This document shows, one piece after another, positions 11,905 through 24,610 of a DNA stretch of 48,518 bases. Position 1 is the stretch's first letter; every line of letters starts with the position of its first letter. The notes beneath the pieces were generated by a model. That model was given only the letters and a program-made list of their open reading frames with translations, was not told the origin of the DNA and ran no database searches. The DNA is taken from contig NC_081388.1 of assembly GCF_030684315.1 (NCBI RefSeq), positions 3,830,481 to 3,878,998 of the forward strand, given 5' to 3'. The translations under genes and the position numbers were made by a program. This DNA is from Stegostoma tigrinum (taxonomy: Eukaryota).

Positions 11905-14361
11905 TTATTCCAACACAAGTTGGTGAGTTTGCTTGTGTTTCCTGTAAATGAACAAGGCCATCAATGAGGCAGAGATCAGGGAGACAGCCGTCACTGTCAG
12001 GGACAACATCACAACCAGCTCAGACTGCACACCTACACAACAAGGAGAAACCAATGGTTACTGAGGGAAACTGGGACAAAGAGGGAAACTAGCAGTCAGG
12101 CAACTCACCGCCTGGAGACATCTCCTGCATCCTTTGCTCAACCTCAGCCCAGGGGCTCAGTTGCCAGGCTGGTCAGCTCAGGATCCAGAATGAGCAGGGG
12201 GCCAACTGAGGCCTCACCCTCCCACTTCAATCCAGCTTCACTCTCTGCAGGAAGAAACATTGTGGTCAAGGTAAGGGAGAGAGGGTATAGTCCCAGGAAA
12301 GTGGGTCATTGACCTACCAGCTTCAGGCCCAAGGTCTCTCCTTCCTCTGGAGGCATAGATGATCTCCCTTGTGCTACCACAGTTCCCCACATGGCAACAG
12401 GCACAAATGTCACTGGTTGATTCCTCCAGTGGGGTCCAGCTAAACAGGAGAAAAAGCCCATCAACCACATGGTGCATCACCTCTCCCCAGCACCACTAAG
12501 GGACAGGGAGTGGGGGACACTCACATCTTGTGCTGCTTCTGGAAAGTACAAGCTTTGTTCCTGGAATCTCCCTGATCCACTGCAGCAACTTTCAGGTGAC
12601 AGGTGATGAAAATCTGAGGGACACATTCAGCACAAGTCAGTGTTTAGCCACTCCCACCCTGTGGGGAGAAGCCAGTCAGCAGCTTCCTCTTACCAAGGAA
12701 CGCTCATCTCCATAGAAGCGGAAGGCATCCAGGTCAAACCTGATCTTGTCCGGCTCCCGCTGGTCTCCCGGCAACACAAAGGTCGAAAAGGAGTCCTCAA
12801 CTTTGCTGTCAACAAGGCAACTGCAGGTGAACAAAGGTACATGAAGTGAATGGAGTGAAGTCATCGAGATGGAAGCAGCTGGAGAAAGCAGAGAGCTCCT
12901 TACCCATTGTAGTCAATGATGCTGTATCTGGGGCTGGAGTCCTTGCCTGGGCTCAGTGTAGCTACACAGCGGTCAATGTACAGCTTCAGGGGCATGTGAT
13001 TGTCCATTGAAACAGACGCCTCAACGTGAATGAGGTCTCCCAGGGAGTAGACAGTGGAAGTGCGCTCTGTAAGCCAGTCACCTGAAGTACAAGAGGACAA
13101 GGGTTAGAGACAGTGGGTGCAACCCCCAGTGAGTGACACCAGGAGATCCCTCCCCAGCCAGCCATCACATACCATTCATTAGACGCAGGGAGAATGACAG
13201 ATGCCCTTCTCCAGACCTGGTGGAGCTGAATGGGATCCAAGTGGGCTTGATGGGGTTACTGCTCACATTGCCCTTCCTGGGGAGAAAGCAAGCACTGCCA
13301 TTTTAGGACAATGTCAGATCACAACAACAATTGGGGAATGATTGTCAATCCAGTAAAGATTCTCACCTGAAATAACGACACTCAATGGGAATGACAGCCC
13401 CATTGGTTCTCACAATGACAGACCCAGGATAGTTTGGGATGTGGGTCAGGTGGGTGGTGTATTTCAGGAAATCTCCAGACATCTGAAAGACACCAGGCCA
13501 AGGAATGAGGGTCTGATCTGAAATGTGAAGTTTCAGAGCAGCATTTACAACAACATCCTACAATTAACATTTCTTTTGAGAGATGGACAGGCTCAGTGTC
13601 AATATGTTGTTTCCTCCCAGAGCCTAACAGACCAGAAAGGGCATTTAAAGGTCACAGCTCAGGGTCATTGAGACAGGGCAATGCAGCATTCCACTGTTCA
13701 GGAATCTGAGGGAACAGGAACATGGAGATACTTGAAACATTGTCCCCACTTGTGACAAAAGCAGAGAGATTACAGCCATGTTTCTCGTTCCTCATTCAGC
13801 AGCAAACCACCAGTATTTCTCAGGGTATATTGGAGGATATGCAGCAAGGAGACTCAACATAACAGTTGAAGTGAGCAACATAATGAAGTAAGCCAATATG
13901 AAAACGGGATAATATTATCCCAGCAGCCCAGTTGTTGCAGGAAACATCCCCAACATTACCTCCAATCTGCTGCCACACTCATGCAGCCCATAGTCAAACA
14001 GAACAGTGTGGTTCTCAGGGTAGATCCTGGTCGGCCGACAACCTGCTGTCCCCAGGGTCAGGTCAGCAGCTTTAATCAGGTGCCTGGTTCCAAATAAATC
14101 CAACTGGGCTTTGACCAGCAGCTTGTGCTCTCCACACTGCACCATCACAGTCTGCAGTGGAGACACACTCCCACCCTCAGACATGCTGATACTGGAACCA
14201 GTGGGACCCCCATGAGGAGGGACTCTCTCAGGTACAGGAGTGGCTCTCACTATTCTCCATGGATACCTCTGGCTCAGAAACTGTTGCCAAGTTTCAGAGC
14301 AACAAACTGCTCCAACTAACACCAGCACAGGGAACAAACCCCTCACTACAAAATCCCCCAT
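11905..14361 (-). CDS. zp3: ZP3 (ZPC)-like zona pellucida gene, copy B; as assembled it stops at 12144-12146 (412 aa, no TM domain)
   Basis: Exons 14361-13960, 13482-13367, 13276-13173, 13081-12904, 12820-12694, 12613-12525, 12439-12318, 12244-12109, 12032-11905, all introns GT-AG. Furin site RGRR and EHP-like [10 protein letters not shown] are present. Exon 8 is 136 rather than 135 nt, giving ...EPLG*. The ancestral TM exon 9 is still recognisable, with its stop at 11905-11907. Confidence 0.88.
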
Positions 14362-14615
14362 GATCCCAAACAACTCAAGCATCCCTTCCAGCCCCCACCC
14401 AGCTCCTTTTATACACACAACCTGCACTCACCTGACACCAATCAGACCAGAAGCAGCATAATTGAACCAATGAACCAGCCCCAGTCTCTCTAATTTCCAC
14501 CAATAAATGAACTCCGGATTTCTTACCAGGAGGGCCTGTTCCAACTGGACCAATAGGAATGGCTGTGAGTTGCTGTGCTGTCACCTGACTGCATGCAGCT
14601 CCACAAGTTCTCATG
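14362..14615 (-). promoter_or_regulatory. ZP3 copy B proximal promoter
   Basis: TATAAAA 14407-14413, distal E-box 14582-14587, proximal E-box and several CCAAT boxes; near-identical to the copy A promoter. Confidence 0.75.
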
Positions 14616-17600
14616 CTGAAGCCTACATGTGCACAATAGCGACATGGAGTCTTCTGGCACAGATTGGCGTGTCTTGGTTTGTCTCTATGTCCATTTTCCT
14701 TTTGCCCAGACTGGTCCATGTTGATGAAAATGTCCATCCACGCTAACCCCATTTCCCTGCATTTGTCCCTGTTATATCTAAATCTTTCCTATCTATGCAT
14801 TTGTCCAAATGCATTCTACTATTGTTAATGTACCTGCCTCAAGCACCTCTGCTGGCAGCACATTCCGTATGTGTACCACGCTCTGTGTGAACAGGTTACC
14901 TCTCAGCTTTCCATATCCTCAAATTTCTAAAACATCCTCCCCTCAGTCTGCTCACGCTCTGAACATAAAAGTCTCAGCCTCTCCAACCTCTCCCTCAACC
15001 TCAGGCCCTCTTCCGCACCATTTCCAATTAAATAAAGTTTAATAAACTAAACAAAACACTCCAAGTGCAGCCTCACCAATGTCCTGTACATCTACAGCAG
15101 AACTTCCCAACTTCTACACTCAATGATTGATGAAAGCCAGTGTGCCAAATGTCTTCTTCACTTCTCTGTCTGCCTCTGAGTCCACTTTCAGTGAACCGTG
15201 CTCCAAAAACCCAACGTCCTTCTGTTCCACAACTCTCCTCACAGTCCTATAATTCACCATGAAATTCCCACCTTGATTTGACTGTCCAAAATGCAATACC
15301 TCACACTTATCTAGATTAAATTCTGTTCAAGTGTCTCGGCTCACTTCCCCAGCTGATCAAAATCATGCTGCAATTTCTGGGAACTTTCCTCACTATCCAC
15401 AATACCAACTATTTTAGTGTCATCCGCAAACTTATGAAACATGCCTTGTACATTCTCATCCAAATTATTGATATTTATCACAAACAGCCAGAGGCCCAGT
15501 GCTGAGGAACAACAACGGGGCGGCATGATGGCTCAGTGGTTAGCACTGCAGCCTCACAACGCCAGGGACCTGAGTTCGATTCCAGCCTCTGGTGACTGTC
15601 TGGGTAGAGTTTGCACATTCTCCCCATGTCTGCGTGGGTTTCCTCCGGGTGCTCCGGTTTCCTCCCACAGTCCAAAGATGTGCAGGCTAGGTGGATCGGC
15701 CATGCTAAATTGCCTGTAGTGTTCAGGGGTGTGTGGGTTATAGGGGGATGGGATGGGTCTGGGTGGGATGCTTTAATGGGTGGTGTGGACTTGTTGGGCC
15801 ACACTGTCGGGAATCTCATCTAATCTAATCTAAACACTAGTCACAGGCCTCCACTCTGATGAACATCCTTCCACTTTCCTTCTCTGCTTCCTACCCTCGA
15901 GCCAATTGTGCATCCAGGTTGCCAGCTCTCCCTGGATTCCATTCGAAATAACCATCCAGTGCAGCTACAAAGTGGAACCTATTCAAAGACCTGACTGGAA
16001 TCCACATAGACTACATCTACTGGCCTTCCCTCATCAAACGTCCTTGTCACTTCAAAGAAATCTAACAAATGTGCAAGGAATCATGTCCCATGGACAAAGC
16101 CATGCTGATGTTTCCTAATTGAACTCTGCGTTTCCAAATGCATGCACATCTTATCCCTCAGATTCTTGTCAGGTAACTTGCGTAACACCCATGTTATGCT
16201 CACAAGCCTATAATTCCCAGGTTTCTCTTTGCAGCCCTTCTAATACTCCCAACGCCTCCTCAACTGTGACAGGAATGTCACCGAGATCTCGCCACCAACT
16301 TCTCCAAGTTGCCGGGTCTCAGTGTCTTTCTCCACAGTTAACGCAGAGAGCAACTATTCATTTATGCCATCAACCATCTCCAGCATTTCCACTTTGGCGT
16401 TCAGAGGTCCTACTCAGTCTCTAGTTATTTTTTTCATGTTATATGCTGAAAGTATCTCCTCAGATTCACCCTAATCTTCTCAGCCAAAGCTGTCTCGTGC
16501 CACCCTTTTGCCAAACCAATTTCCTTCTTCAGTAAAAACCTCCAGGAATTCCCTTGATCACAGCTGCCTGTACCTGAGCAATCCCTCCTTCTTTATTCTG
16601 GTCAAAACTTCAATATCATTTCTCATCCAGCGTTCCCTACTCCTTCCGGCCTTGCCCTTCACCCTGACAGGAATATGTAGACCTTGAACTCTCACCATCA
16701 CACTATGTCCTCCCACTTGCTGGAGGTCACTTTTCCTGCACCAAACTACTTCAGTCAGCCCCTGCAGCTCCTGTCTAATTCCATCAAAATTCCCTTTCCC
16801 AAAATTAGAACTTGAATCTGTGGAACAGTTTGTCCATCTCCATAACTGCTCTCTGTTCCCAAAGAGCTCCTCCACTGTCATCTGAGTCGCCTGTGCTGCG
16901 CTATTTCCCAAGTATACATCAGGTTTTGCCCCCTCCTGACCTGGACCCTCTATGTACAGCTCGAGGAAACTTTCCTGAAGACGTTTGACAAATTCCATCC
17001 CACCAAAGCCCTAAACACAGTGACAGCCCCAGTCTATGATAGAACAATTGAAATCCCCAACTACTACAATCCTATTGTTCCCGCAAGTCACACCAAAGCT
17101 CTAATTCCTGAGGACTATTTGGGGGCCTGTAGTACAACTCCAGAACATCACCTTCCCCTTCTTATTTCTTAGCCCCACCGCAATGCCTCACTGAATGTTC
17201 CCTCAGACACTTCTTCTCTGACGACTGCTCTGATACTCCACTTAATCAAAAATGCACCTCCCACTCCCCTCTTTTCTTCATCTCTGTCCCACCTGAAACT
17301 CCTGGACAATGGCATGTTAAGATCCCAGTCTTGTCCTTCTCTTAGCCATGTTTCTGTAAAGTCTATAATATTCCTGTCCCACATACCCATTCACGCCCTG
17401 AGTTAATCCGACTGTGCCTATCAGCCCTCTTGCATGGAGATAGATGCAATTTAATCCAAGAGGTATTCTCGCTCCCTGTCATGTTCCAGCCAGAACTGTC
17501 TCTTCATCTTGCTACTTCTGATTACTGTATCTCTTTCCAGCCTCACACTTGTCTCCCTGCTGATGAGGGTCCCACATGCCTGACAATCCAGTTTAAACCC

Positions 17601-18720
17601 TCCCTTACAGAAGTCACAAACCTGCCTGCCGGGATATCGGTCCCCCTCCAGTTCAGTCCCTCTTGAACAGGTCACTTCTGCCCCAGTAAAGATCCAAAAG
17701 ACCCAGGAATCTGAATTCCTGCCCCCAGCACCAATTCCTTAGCCAGGCATTCCGCTGGTTCATCGTCCTGTTCCAACTCTCACTGGTCTGTTCCACTGGA
17801 AGTGTTCCAGAGATTACCAACCTTGAGGTCCTGGTTTTTAACCTTTCTCCAAGCTCTCTCTACAAACACTCAGCAGGACCTCATCCCTCTTTCTATCGAT
17901 CTCATTTATGCCAATGCACACAATGACTTCTGGCCGCTCAGACTCCCTCTTGGGAACATATCCTGTACCCTGACACCAGGGAAGTAACACAGAATCCTGG
18001 ATTTCCGTCTGTGGTCACAGAATTTCCTGTCTGTCCCCATAACTATTGAGTCTCCTATCACTAGGGACCTGTTTATTGGCACCCGTTCCCACTGTGCCCC
18101 AGAGCTAGTCATTGTGCCAACGACCTGCCTACGGCTACTTCCTCCTGATTAGTCATCGCCCCCAGCAGCATCCAAAACGGTATACCTGTTTGAGGGGAAC
18201 GGCCACAGGGGATTCCTGCTCTCCCTGCCGACTCCCTTTGCCTTTCCTGGCAGTTACCCAGCCACTGTCTGCCTGCACCTTAGGTGTCACCATCGCACTG
18301 AAACTCTGATCTGTGACGTGCGCGGCATCTCACCTGATCCTGAGTCTATCCAGCTCCAGCTCCATACCACAGTCTCCCAAGAGCTGCAGTTGGATGCAAT
18401 TCCCAGACGTGCAGTCATCAGGGACGATGGGAGTCTCCCTGAGCTCCCTCATCCTGCAGGAGGACCATGCCACTGCCCGAACTACCATCTCAAATTCTCT
18501 AACTCTGAAGAGCAAAGTTCAAAGGTCTTTCCCTGTGTTTACCTGCACTATTTGCTGAGCAGCTGCTCACCGAAGCTTCTTGAGCCAATACCTTATTTCT
18601 CACTCTGCTCCCTACAAACTTTCAATAGCGCATCTCTCTCCCCCTGTTGTTAGTTTAGAGGAGGAGGGAAGGAGGGAAACACTACAGTGATATGATGTTT
18701 GCGGTGAAAGCGATCTTTGA
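14616..18720 (-). mobile_element. Near-full-length degenerate CR1 LINE (ORF1 esterase, ORF2 endonuclease/RT) inserted upstream of the copy B promoter
   Basis: ORF1 motifs at 17900-18500; endonuclease TETWLREGQDW (17169-17390); RT FADDTKI (15341-15526). Sequences on either side are contiguous in copy C (24860-24900). Confidence 0.85.
15517..15832 (+). mobile_element. HE1-type V-SINE nested in the LINE
   Basis: tRNA-like head (TGGCTCAGTGG, GTTCGATTCC), V-domain GCGTGGGTTTCCTCCGGGTGCTCCGGTTTCCTCCCACAGTCCAAAGA, (ATCTA)n tail. Confidence 0.88.
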
Positions 18721-19069
18721 TACCAGGCGCATGCTAATGATCAAACATGGCTCATTGATCCAGGAGGGTGACTGGTGGGCACAGCCCTCCCTGACCCTGG
18801 GAGTCTGACAGTGAGAAACACGGAAATACCGTCTGAGGATGGGGTTTGGGCAGAACAAAGGGAGCGTTCCTCATATTTACCTCATTCTGCACCTCTCCCT
18901 GCTGATGTTCAAGGAGTACAGAGTTGAATTAGCTTTCCATTACTTTTTAATTTATAGTGGAACTTCATTTTCAGTTGAGAAGTGTAGAATCCTTTATTTC
19001 AATTCTTGAGTGTTCCCGTTTTCTAAGTGTTTCATGTGAAAACTGTGCTTTTTAAAATTAATGCACGGG

Positions 19070-19400
19070 CTGAGGCAGTCACTGGCTGGGCAGCATTTAT
19101 TGTCCAAGCCTTATTGTCAAGAGGGCAGTTAGGAGTGAATCACATTGCTGTGGGTCTGTAGGTACACATCAGCCACACCAGGCAAGGATGGCAGCTTCAT
19201 TCCCTAAAGGTCGTGAGTGAACTGTTGTGTTTTTACTCAAACAATTGATTGTCAATTCATGATCGTCATTAAACTCTTCATTCCAGATAGTCATTGAATT
19301 CAAATCCCATCATCTGCCGTAGCAGGATTTGATCCTGGATCCTCATGATAACACCTGGGTCTCTGGATTCACAGTCCAGTGCTAATACCACTCGGCCTTT
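19070..19400 (-). mobile_element. Old Deu-domain SINE, paralog of 7250-7590
   Basis: Reverse-complement similarity to 7250-7590. Confidence 0.55.
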
Positions 19401-20019
19401 GCTTCCATTTGGGGAGTTTCCATTTAGGTTAAAATTGAATTTAAATGAGTAGAATGTGATTAACTCTCAGTTTAAATGAGGAGACGAGGCTGTACTCTGT
19501 ATCTAATCCCACGCTGTACCTGTGTTTGGTTTGTTTGATGAGCACAGTGTCGAGGGCGTGTTACTTTCAGTTTACACAGTACAGGCAACGTTACTCAGTT
19601 TTAAAAAGAGTAGAAAGAGCTTTACGCTGGATCTAACTGCATTCTTGACCTGTCTTTGCAGTGATGGGTCAGCATGAAAAAAAGCTGTATCTCACCCTCT
19701 GTAGACCCTATCCTGGAATAATATGATGCAAACAATGTTGACAAAGCTGCAGTCACAGCAGTAAAGACATCAGGGACCTTTACAGAGTATCTAACCCCGT
19801 GCTGCACCAGTTCTGGGAGTGTTTGATGGGGACAGTGTACAGAGGGGTTTCAGGTTCACTTTAAAAGCATATAGAGAGTCTCACTCTGTCTGTGAGCCTG
19901 ATCTGTACCATCCCATGGCAGCATTGATATGGACATTAACAAGGGTTATGGCCTCCTGCTTTGTGCTGGGATGGAGCTCAGTGTAAACTCGAGTAAAGCA
20001 CCTCCTCTTTCACTGTGAG

Positions 20020-20430
20020 AGCAAATCCTGCAGATGCTGGAGTCAGGGACAACAGAGTGGAAGTGGAGGAACACAACAGGCCAGGCACATCAGAGGAGAA
20101 GGAATGTTCATGTTTCAGGTCAGGATCCATCTTCAGAAAGGGGGCGGGGGGTGGGGTGGTGGTTGGGAAAGGGAGGGAGGAGAAGGGAGCTAGGAAATAA
20201 CCAGAGATGCGGGAGGGGGTGCTGCTGGGGAAGGTAGGGCTGATGAGTGATTCGTCAGTAGCGGATAGGCGGGAGAGATGGACAGCTTGTGTCAGGTCAA
20301 GGAGGTGGGGATGAGAGGGAATGTTGATCATGACATGAGGCCCAGGGGTGGGGAAAGACTTTAAAGCAGATGCATTTTGTGTTTAGACCATTGTGTGTAG
20401 GCACCCAAGGCTGATTAGGTGTTGCAACTC
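20020..20430. mobile_element. Penelope-like terminal fragment
   Basis: CTGCAGATGCTGGAG...AACACAACAGGCCAGGCA motif followed by a purine-rich segment, as at 1340-1800 and 32604-32902. Confidence 0.5.
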
Positions 20431-21763
20431 CAGATTAGAGACACTGTCATTAGGGCAACACCACCCCCTATAGGGGAGGCCACACCTTCCTCCAGGCCTC
20501 ATTACCCTGGGGGTGATGGGGCTAGCCTCAGCTGCACCCCAGCCATAAACTGCCTGCTACAGCCTTTCCTCCCCGTGCTGCACCAGTCTCTGGTCTGCTC
20601 CACCCTTCACTGACACCACAGTCATCCTCACCATCTGACAGAAACCATCTCAAATCCCCTAATGCTTCCCACATGGGCCCTGACCATACAGCTCCCTGGC
20701 CCTCCCTCATGAATCAGGCTGTGTATCAGAGGCCAAAATCACTACTGGAGAGAACTACAGAGCTATTTTACTGCAGGAACAGAAATCAAATTCCCCAAAC
20801 AATACCTCAGTCTCTAAGGTCTGTGGCTTAGGCTTCAGCTATGCCCCAAGAAAACATGCCCCTGTTAGGCTGTGCTCACTCCCTCCCTAAGACGTTGACT
20901 TCAAGAATAGAACTCATGGTCATCAATATTCAGCATGGGACTGTTTGCTGTCAATGGATCAAATCCATTCAGGACTTGCATGACACACACTTGTGGTTTA
21001 GGACCATGAGACCATTCATCCACTTCCTTTGAAAACCCAGCGATGTTTGTTTCATGCATAGCAGGAACTGCAGGTGCTGGAGAATCTGAGAGAAGGTGTA
21101 GAGCTGGCCAAATACAGTAGGCCAAGCAGCAGAGGTGCAGGAAGGCTGATGTTTTGGACCTAGATGCTCCTTTATTGTTTACGACATTCCATATCAACAA
21201 TGGTCAAATGGAGCTGACCAGGACAGGCAGCAGATCAGGAGACTGGGCTGTCAATATTAGAAGGGGACACTTCTGAAGAGAATCAGGATGGACCCTGAAC
21301 ACCAGCTGTTTCTCTCTTCCTTTGCCCCCGCACCCCCCAGACAGTTGCCCAAGGGTGGAATTGAACAAGGAATCCTGGTGTTGTAAGGCAGCAACACCAA
21401 CACCAACTGAACCACTATGCTACCCATGTACAGAGGCAGGGATATAGCATGGAGGGTCAGTCTGGTCAACATCCCACACAGCCTGAACACCAAGGTGATC
21501 TTTTCACCAGCCATCATGATTTAACTGGACAGCAATTGTTCATATTATATTGGAAATGACCATGATTTCAGTGGAAAGAAATATTTCCCATTTTTAGTGT
21601 GGCCTACAAGCTCCTGTACTCATCCAAGAGGCAAACCCCAAACAATACCTTCAACACAAATTAGGGAAGGTGTGTTCAGGGTTTAGAATGGAACCACTGT
21701 AATATCTTCAACTAATACAGAGACAAAAACAGCTCCCAGACACAAGGTACAATGAAGCACCAC

Positions 21764-21769
21764 TTTAAT
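21764..21769 (-). terminator. Polyadenylation signal, copy C (ATTAAA overlapping the stop codon)
   Basis: Minus strand reads GGA TAA TTAAA; ATTAAA shares the last A of the TAA. Confidence 0.6.
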
Positions 21770-24610
21770 TATCCTGTCACAAGTTGGTGAGTTTGCTTGT
21801 GTTTCCTGTACAGGAACAAGGCCATCAACGAAGCAGAGATCAGGGAGACAGCCGTCACTGTCAGTGACACCATCACAACCAGCTCAGACTGCACACCTAC
21901 ACAACAAGGAGAAACCAATGGTTACTGAGGGAAACTGGGACAAAGAAACTAGCACAAAGAAACTAGCAGTCAGACAGCTCACCGCCTGGAGACATATCCT
22001 GCATCCTTTGCTCAACCTCAGTCAGGGGCTCAGTTGCCAGGCTGGTCAGCTCAGGATCCAGAATGAGCAGGGGGCCAACTGAGGCCTCACCCTCCCACTT
22101 CATTCCAGCTTCACTCTCTGCAGGAAGAAACATTGCAGTCAGGTGGAGAGGATATAGTCCCAACACCAAGTGGAACAGTGACTTACCAGCTTCAGGTCCA
22201 AGGTCTCTCCTTCCTCTGGAGGGAAACGCGATCTCCCTTGTGCTGCCACAGTTCCCCAAATAGCAACAGGCACAAATGTCACTGGTTGATTCCTCCAGTG
22301 GGGTCCAGCTAAACAGGAGAAAAAGCCCATCAACCACATGGTGCATCACCTCTCCCCAGCACCACTAAGGGACAGGGAGTGGGGGACACTCACATCTTGT
22401 GCTGCTTCTGGAAAGTACAAGCTTTGTTCCTGGAATCTCCCTGACCCACTGCAGCAACTCTCAGGTGACAGGTGATGAAAATCTGAGGGGCACATTCAGC
22501 ACAAGTCAGTGTTTAGCCACTCCCACCCTGTGGGGAGAAGCCAGTCAGCAGCTTCCTCTTACCAAGGAACGCTCATCTCCATAGAAGCGGAAGGCATCCA
22601 GGTCAAACCTGAGCTTGTCCGGCTCCCGCTGGTCTCTCAGCAACACAAAGGTCGAAAAGGAGTCTTCAGCTTTGCTGTCCACGAGGCAACTGCAGGTGAA
22701 CAAAGGTACATGAAGTGAATGGAGTAAAGTCATTGAGATGGGAGCAGCTGGAGAAAGCAGAGAGCTCCTTACCCATTGTAGTCAATGATGCTGTATCTGG
22801 GGCTGGAGTCCTTGCCTGGGCTCAGTGTAGCGACACAGCGGTCAATGTACAGCTTCAGGGCCATGTGATTGTCCATTGAAACAGACGCCTCAATGTGAAT
22901 GAGTTCTCCCAGGGAGTAGACAGTGGAAGTGCGCTCTGTAAGCCAGTCACCTGAAGTACAAGAGGACAAGGGTTGGAGACAGTGGGTGCAACCCCCAGTG
23001 AGTGACACCAGGAGATCCCTCCCCAGCCAGCCATCACATACCATTCATGAGATGCAGGGAGAATGACAGATGCCCTTCTCCAGACCTGGTGGAGCTGAAT
23101 GGGATCCAGGTGGGCTTGATGGGGTTACTGCTCACATTGCCCTTCCTGGCGAGAGACAGGGCAGCCATTTCAGGACAATGTCAGATCACAACAACAATTG
23201 GGGAATGATTCTCAATCCAGTAAAGACTCTCACCTGAAATAACGACACTCAATGGGAATGACAGCCCCATTGGTTCGCACAATGACAGACCCAGGATAGT
23301 TTGGGATGTGGGTCAGGTGGGTGGTGTAGATCAGGAAATCTCCAGACATCTGAAAGATACCAGGTTAACAAGTGAAGAACTGATCTGAAATGTGAAGTTT
23401 CTGAGCAGCATTCACAAGGACATCATACAATTAACTGATTTGTTAATGGAGCATGCCAGAGTCAGTACTAAGATGCTGTTTCTGCCCAGATCCAGCCAGT
23501 ATTTGGAGCAATAGGTCACAGCTCAGGGGTTAATCATTTGATCAATTTAGGATGCCACATCCTTGGAATCAGAACTCATTTGGACTGGGAGTGACACTTT
23601 GTTGACAGTGAAATGTGTTTGTGAAAGAGAGAACATAATTAGGGGAATAGGAACATAGACACTTGGAAACAGATCCTGATTCTCAGGATGAGGCACTGCA
23701 GACATTCTGTCGCTTCCTCATCTATCAGTAAACCTCCAACATTTGGACATACTAGGTCTACAGGACCAAAACTGATCAGCAGCAAGGGGATTCAAAATTA
23801 CTGTCTCAGTGGGCAGAACATGTAAGCTGGAAACATGGAATCTAGACTATTTTATCCTTGGAGCCCAGTTATTCTAGTGGCAAAGTGGCCAGGGCAGACC
23901 AAAAGAGCAAGTTACCTGAATGTTAATCTCACTAAGTAGGAGAGTCATCACCATGGGAGGAGACTTGCCCAAGGTAAAGGAACTAACTCTAGAAGAGGAA
24001 AAACTCTAAGCCACTGATTGCTCAACAAGTTGAGCAGAGCTAGAGAGAAGCTCCATGCAAACAAACCCCTTAATCAATAGAGGACAGAATCTCAGTTTGA
24101 GATCAGGAGAAAGGTTTCTTTCCATCCCCTAACATCAATGTCATCCAAGACAGGGTTAGAGAGAAAGTGTCAAGCACAAGCTCCCAGCAAGTATGCAGGA
24201 CTCATTACCTGCAGTCTGCTGCCACACTCATGCAGCCCATAGTCAAACAGGACAGTGTGGTTCTCAGGGAAGATCCTGGTTGGCCGACAACCTACTGTCC
24301 CCAGGGTCAGGTCAGCAGCTTTAATCAGGTGCCTTGTTCCAAATAAATCCAACTGGGCCCTGACCAGCAGCTTGTGCTCTCCACACTGCACCATCACAGT
24401 CTGCAGTGGAGACACACTCCCACCCTCAGACATTCTGAAACTGGAACCAGTGGGACCCCCATGAGGAGGGACTCTCTCAGGTACAGGAGTGGCTCTCACT
24501 ATTCTCCATGGATACCTCTGGCTCAGAAACTGTTGCCAAGTTTCAGAGCAACAAACAGCTCCAACTAACACCAGCACAGGAAACAAACCCCTCACTACAA
24601 AATCCCCCAT
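21769..24610 (-). CDS. zp3: ZP3 (ZPC)-like zona pellucida sperm-binding/egg-envelope protein, copy C, intact, 466 aa
   Basis: Exons 24610-24209, 23349-23234, 23145-23042, 22950-22773, 22689-22563, 22482-22394, 22308-22187, 22117-21983, 21896-21769 sum to 1401 nt in an open frame with GT-AG introns. Signal peptide, ZP-N/ZP-C cysteines, ZP3 Cys cluster, RGRR furin site, EHP, TM helix and short basic tail (YRKHKQ). Confidence 0.93.

Noticed and set aside
15517-15590. tRNA gene
   Set aside because: It is the tRNA-derived head of an HE1-type SINE and continues into the V-domain.
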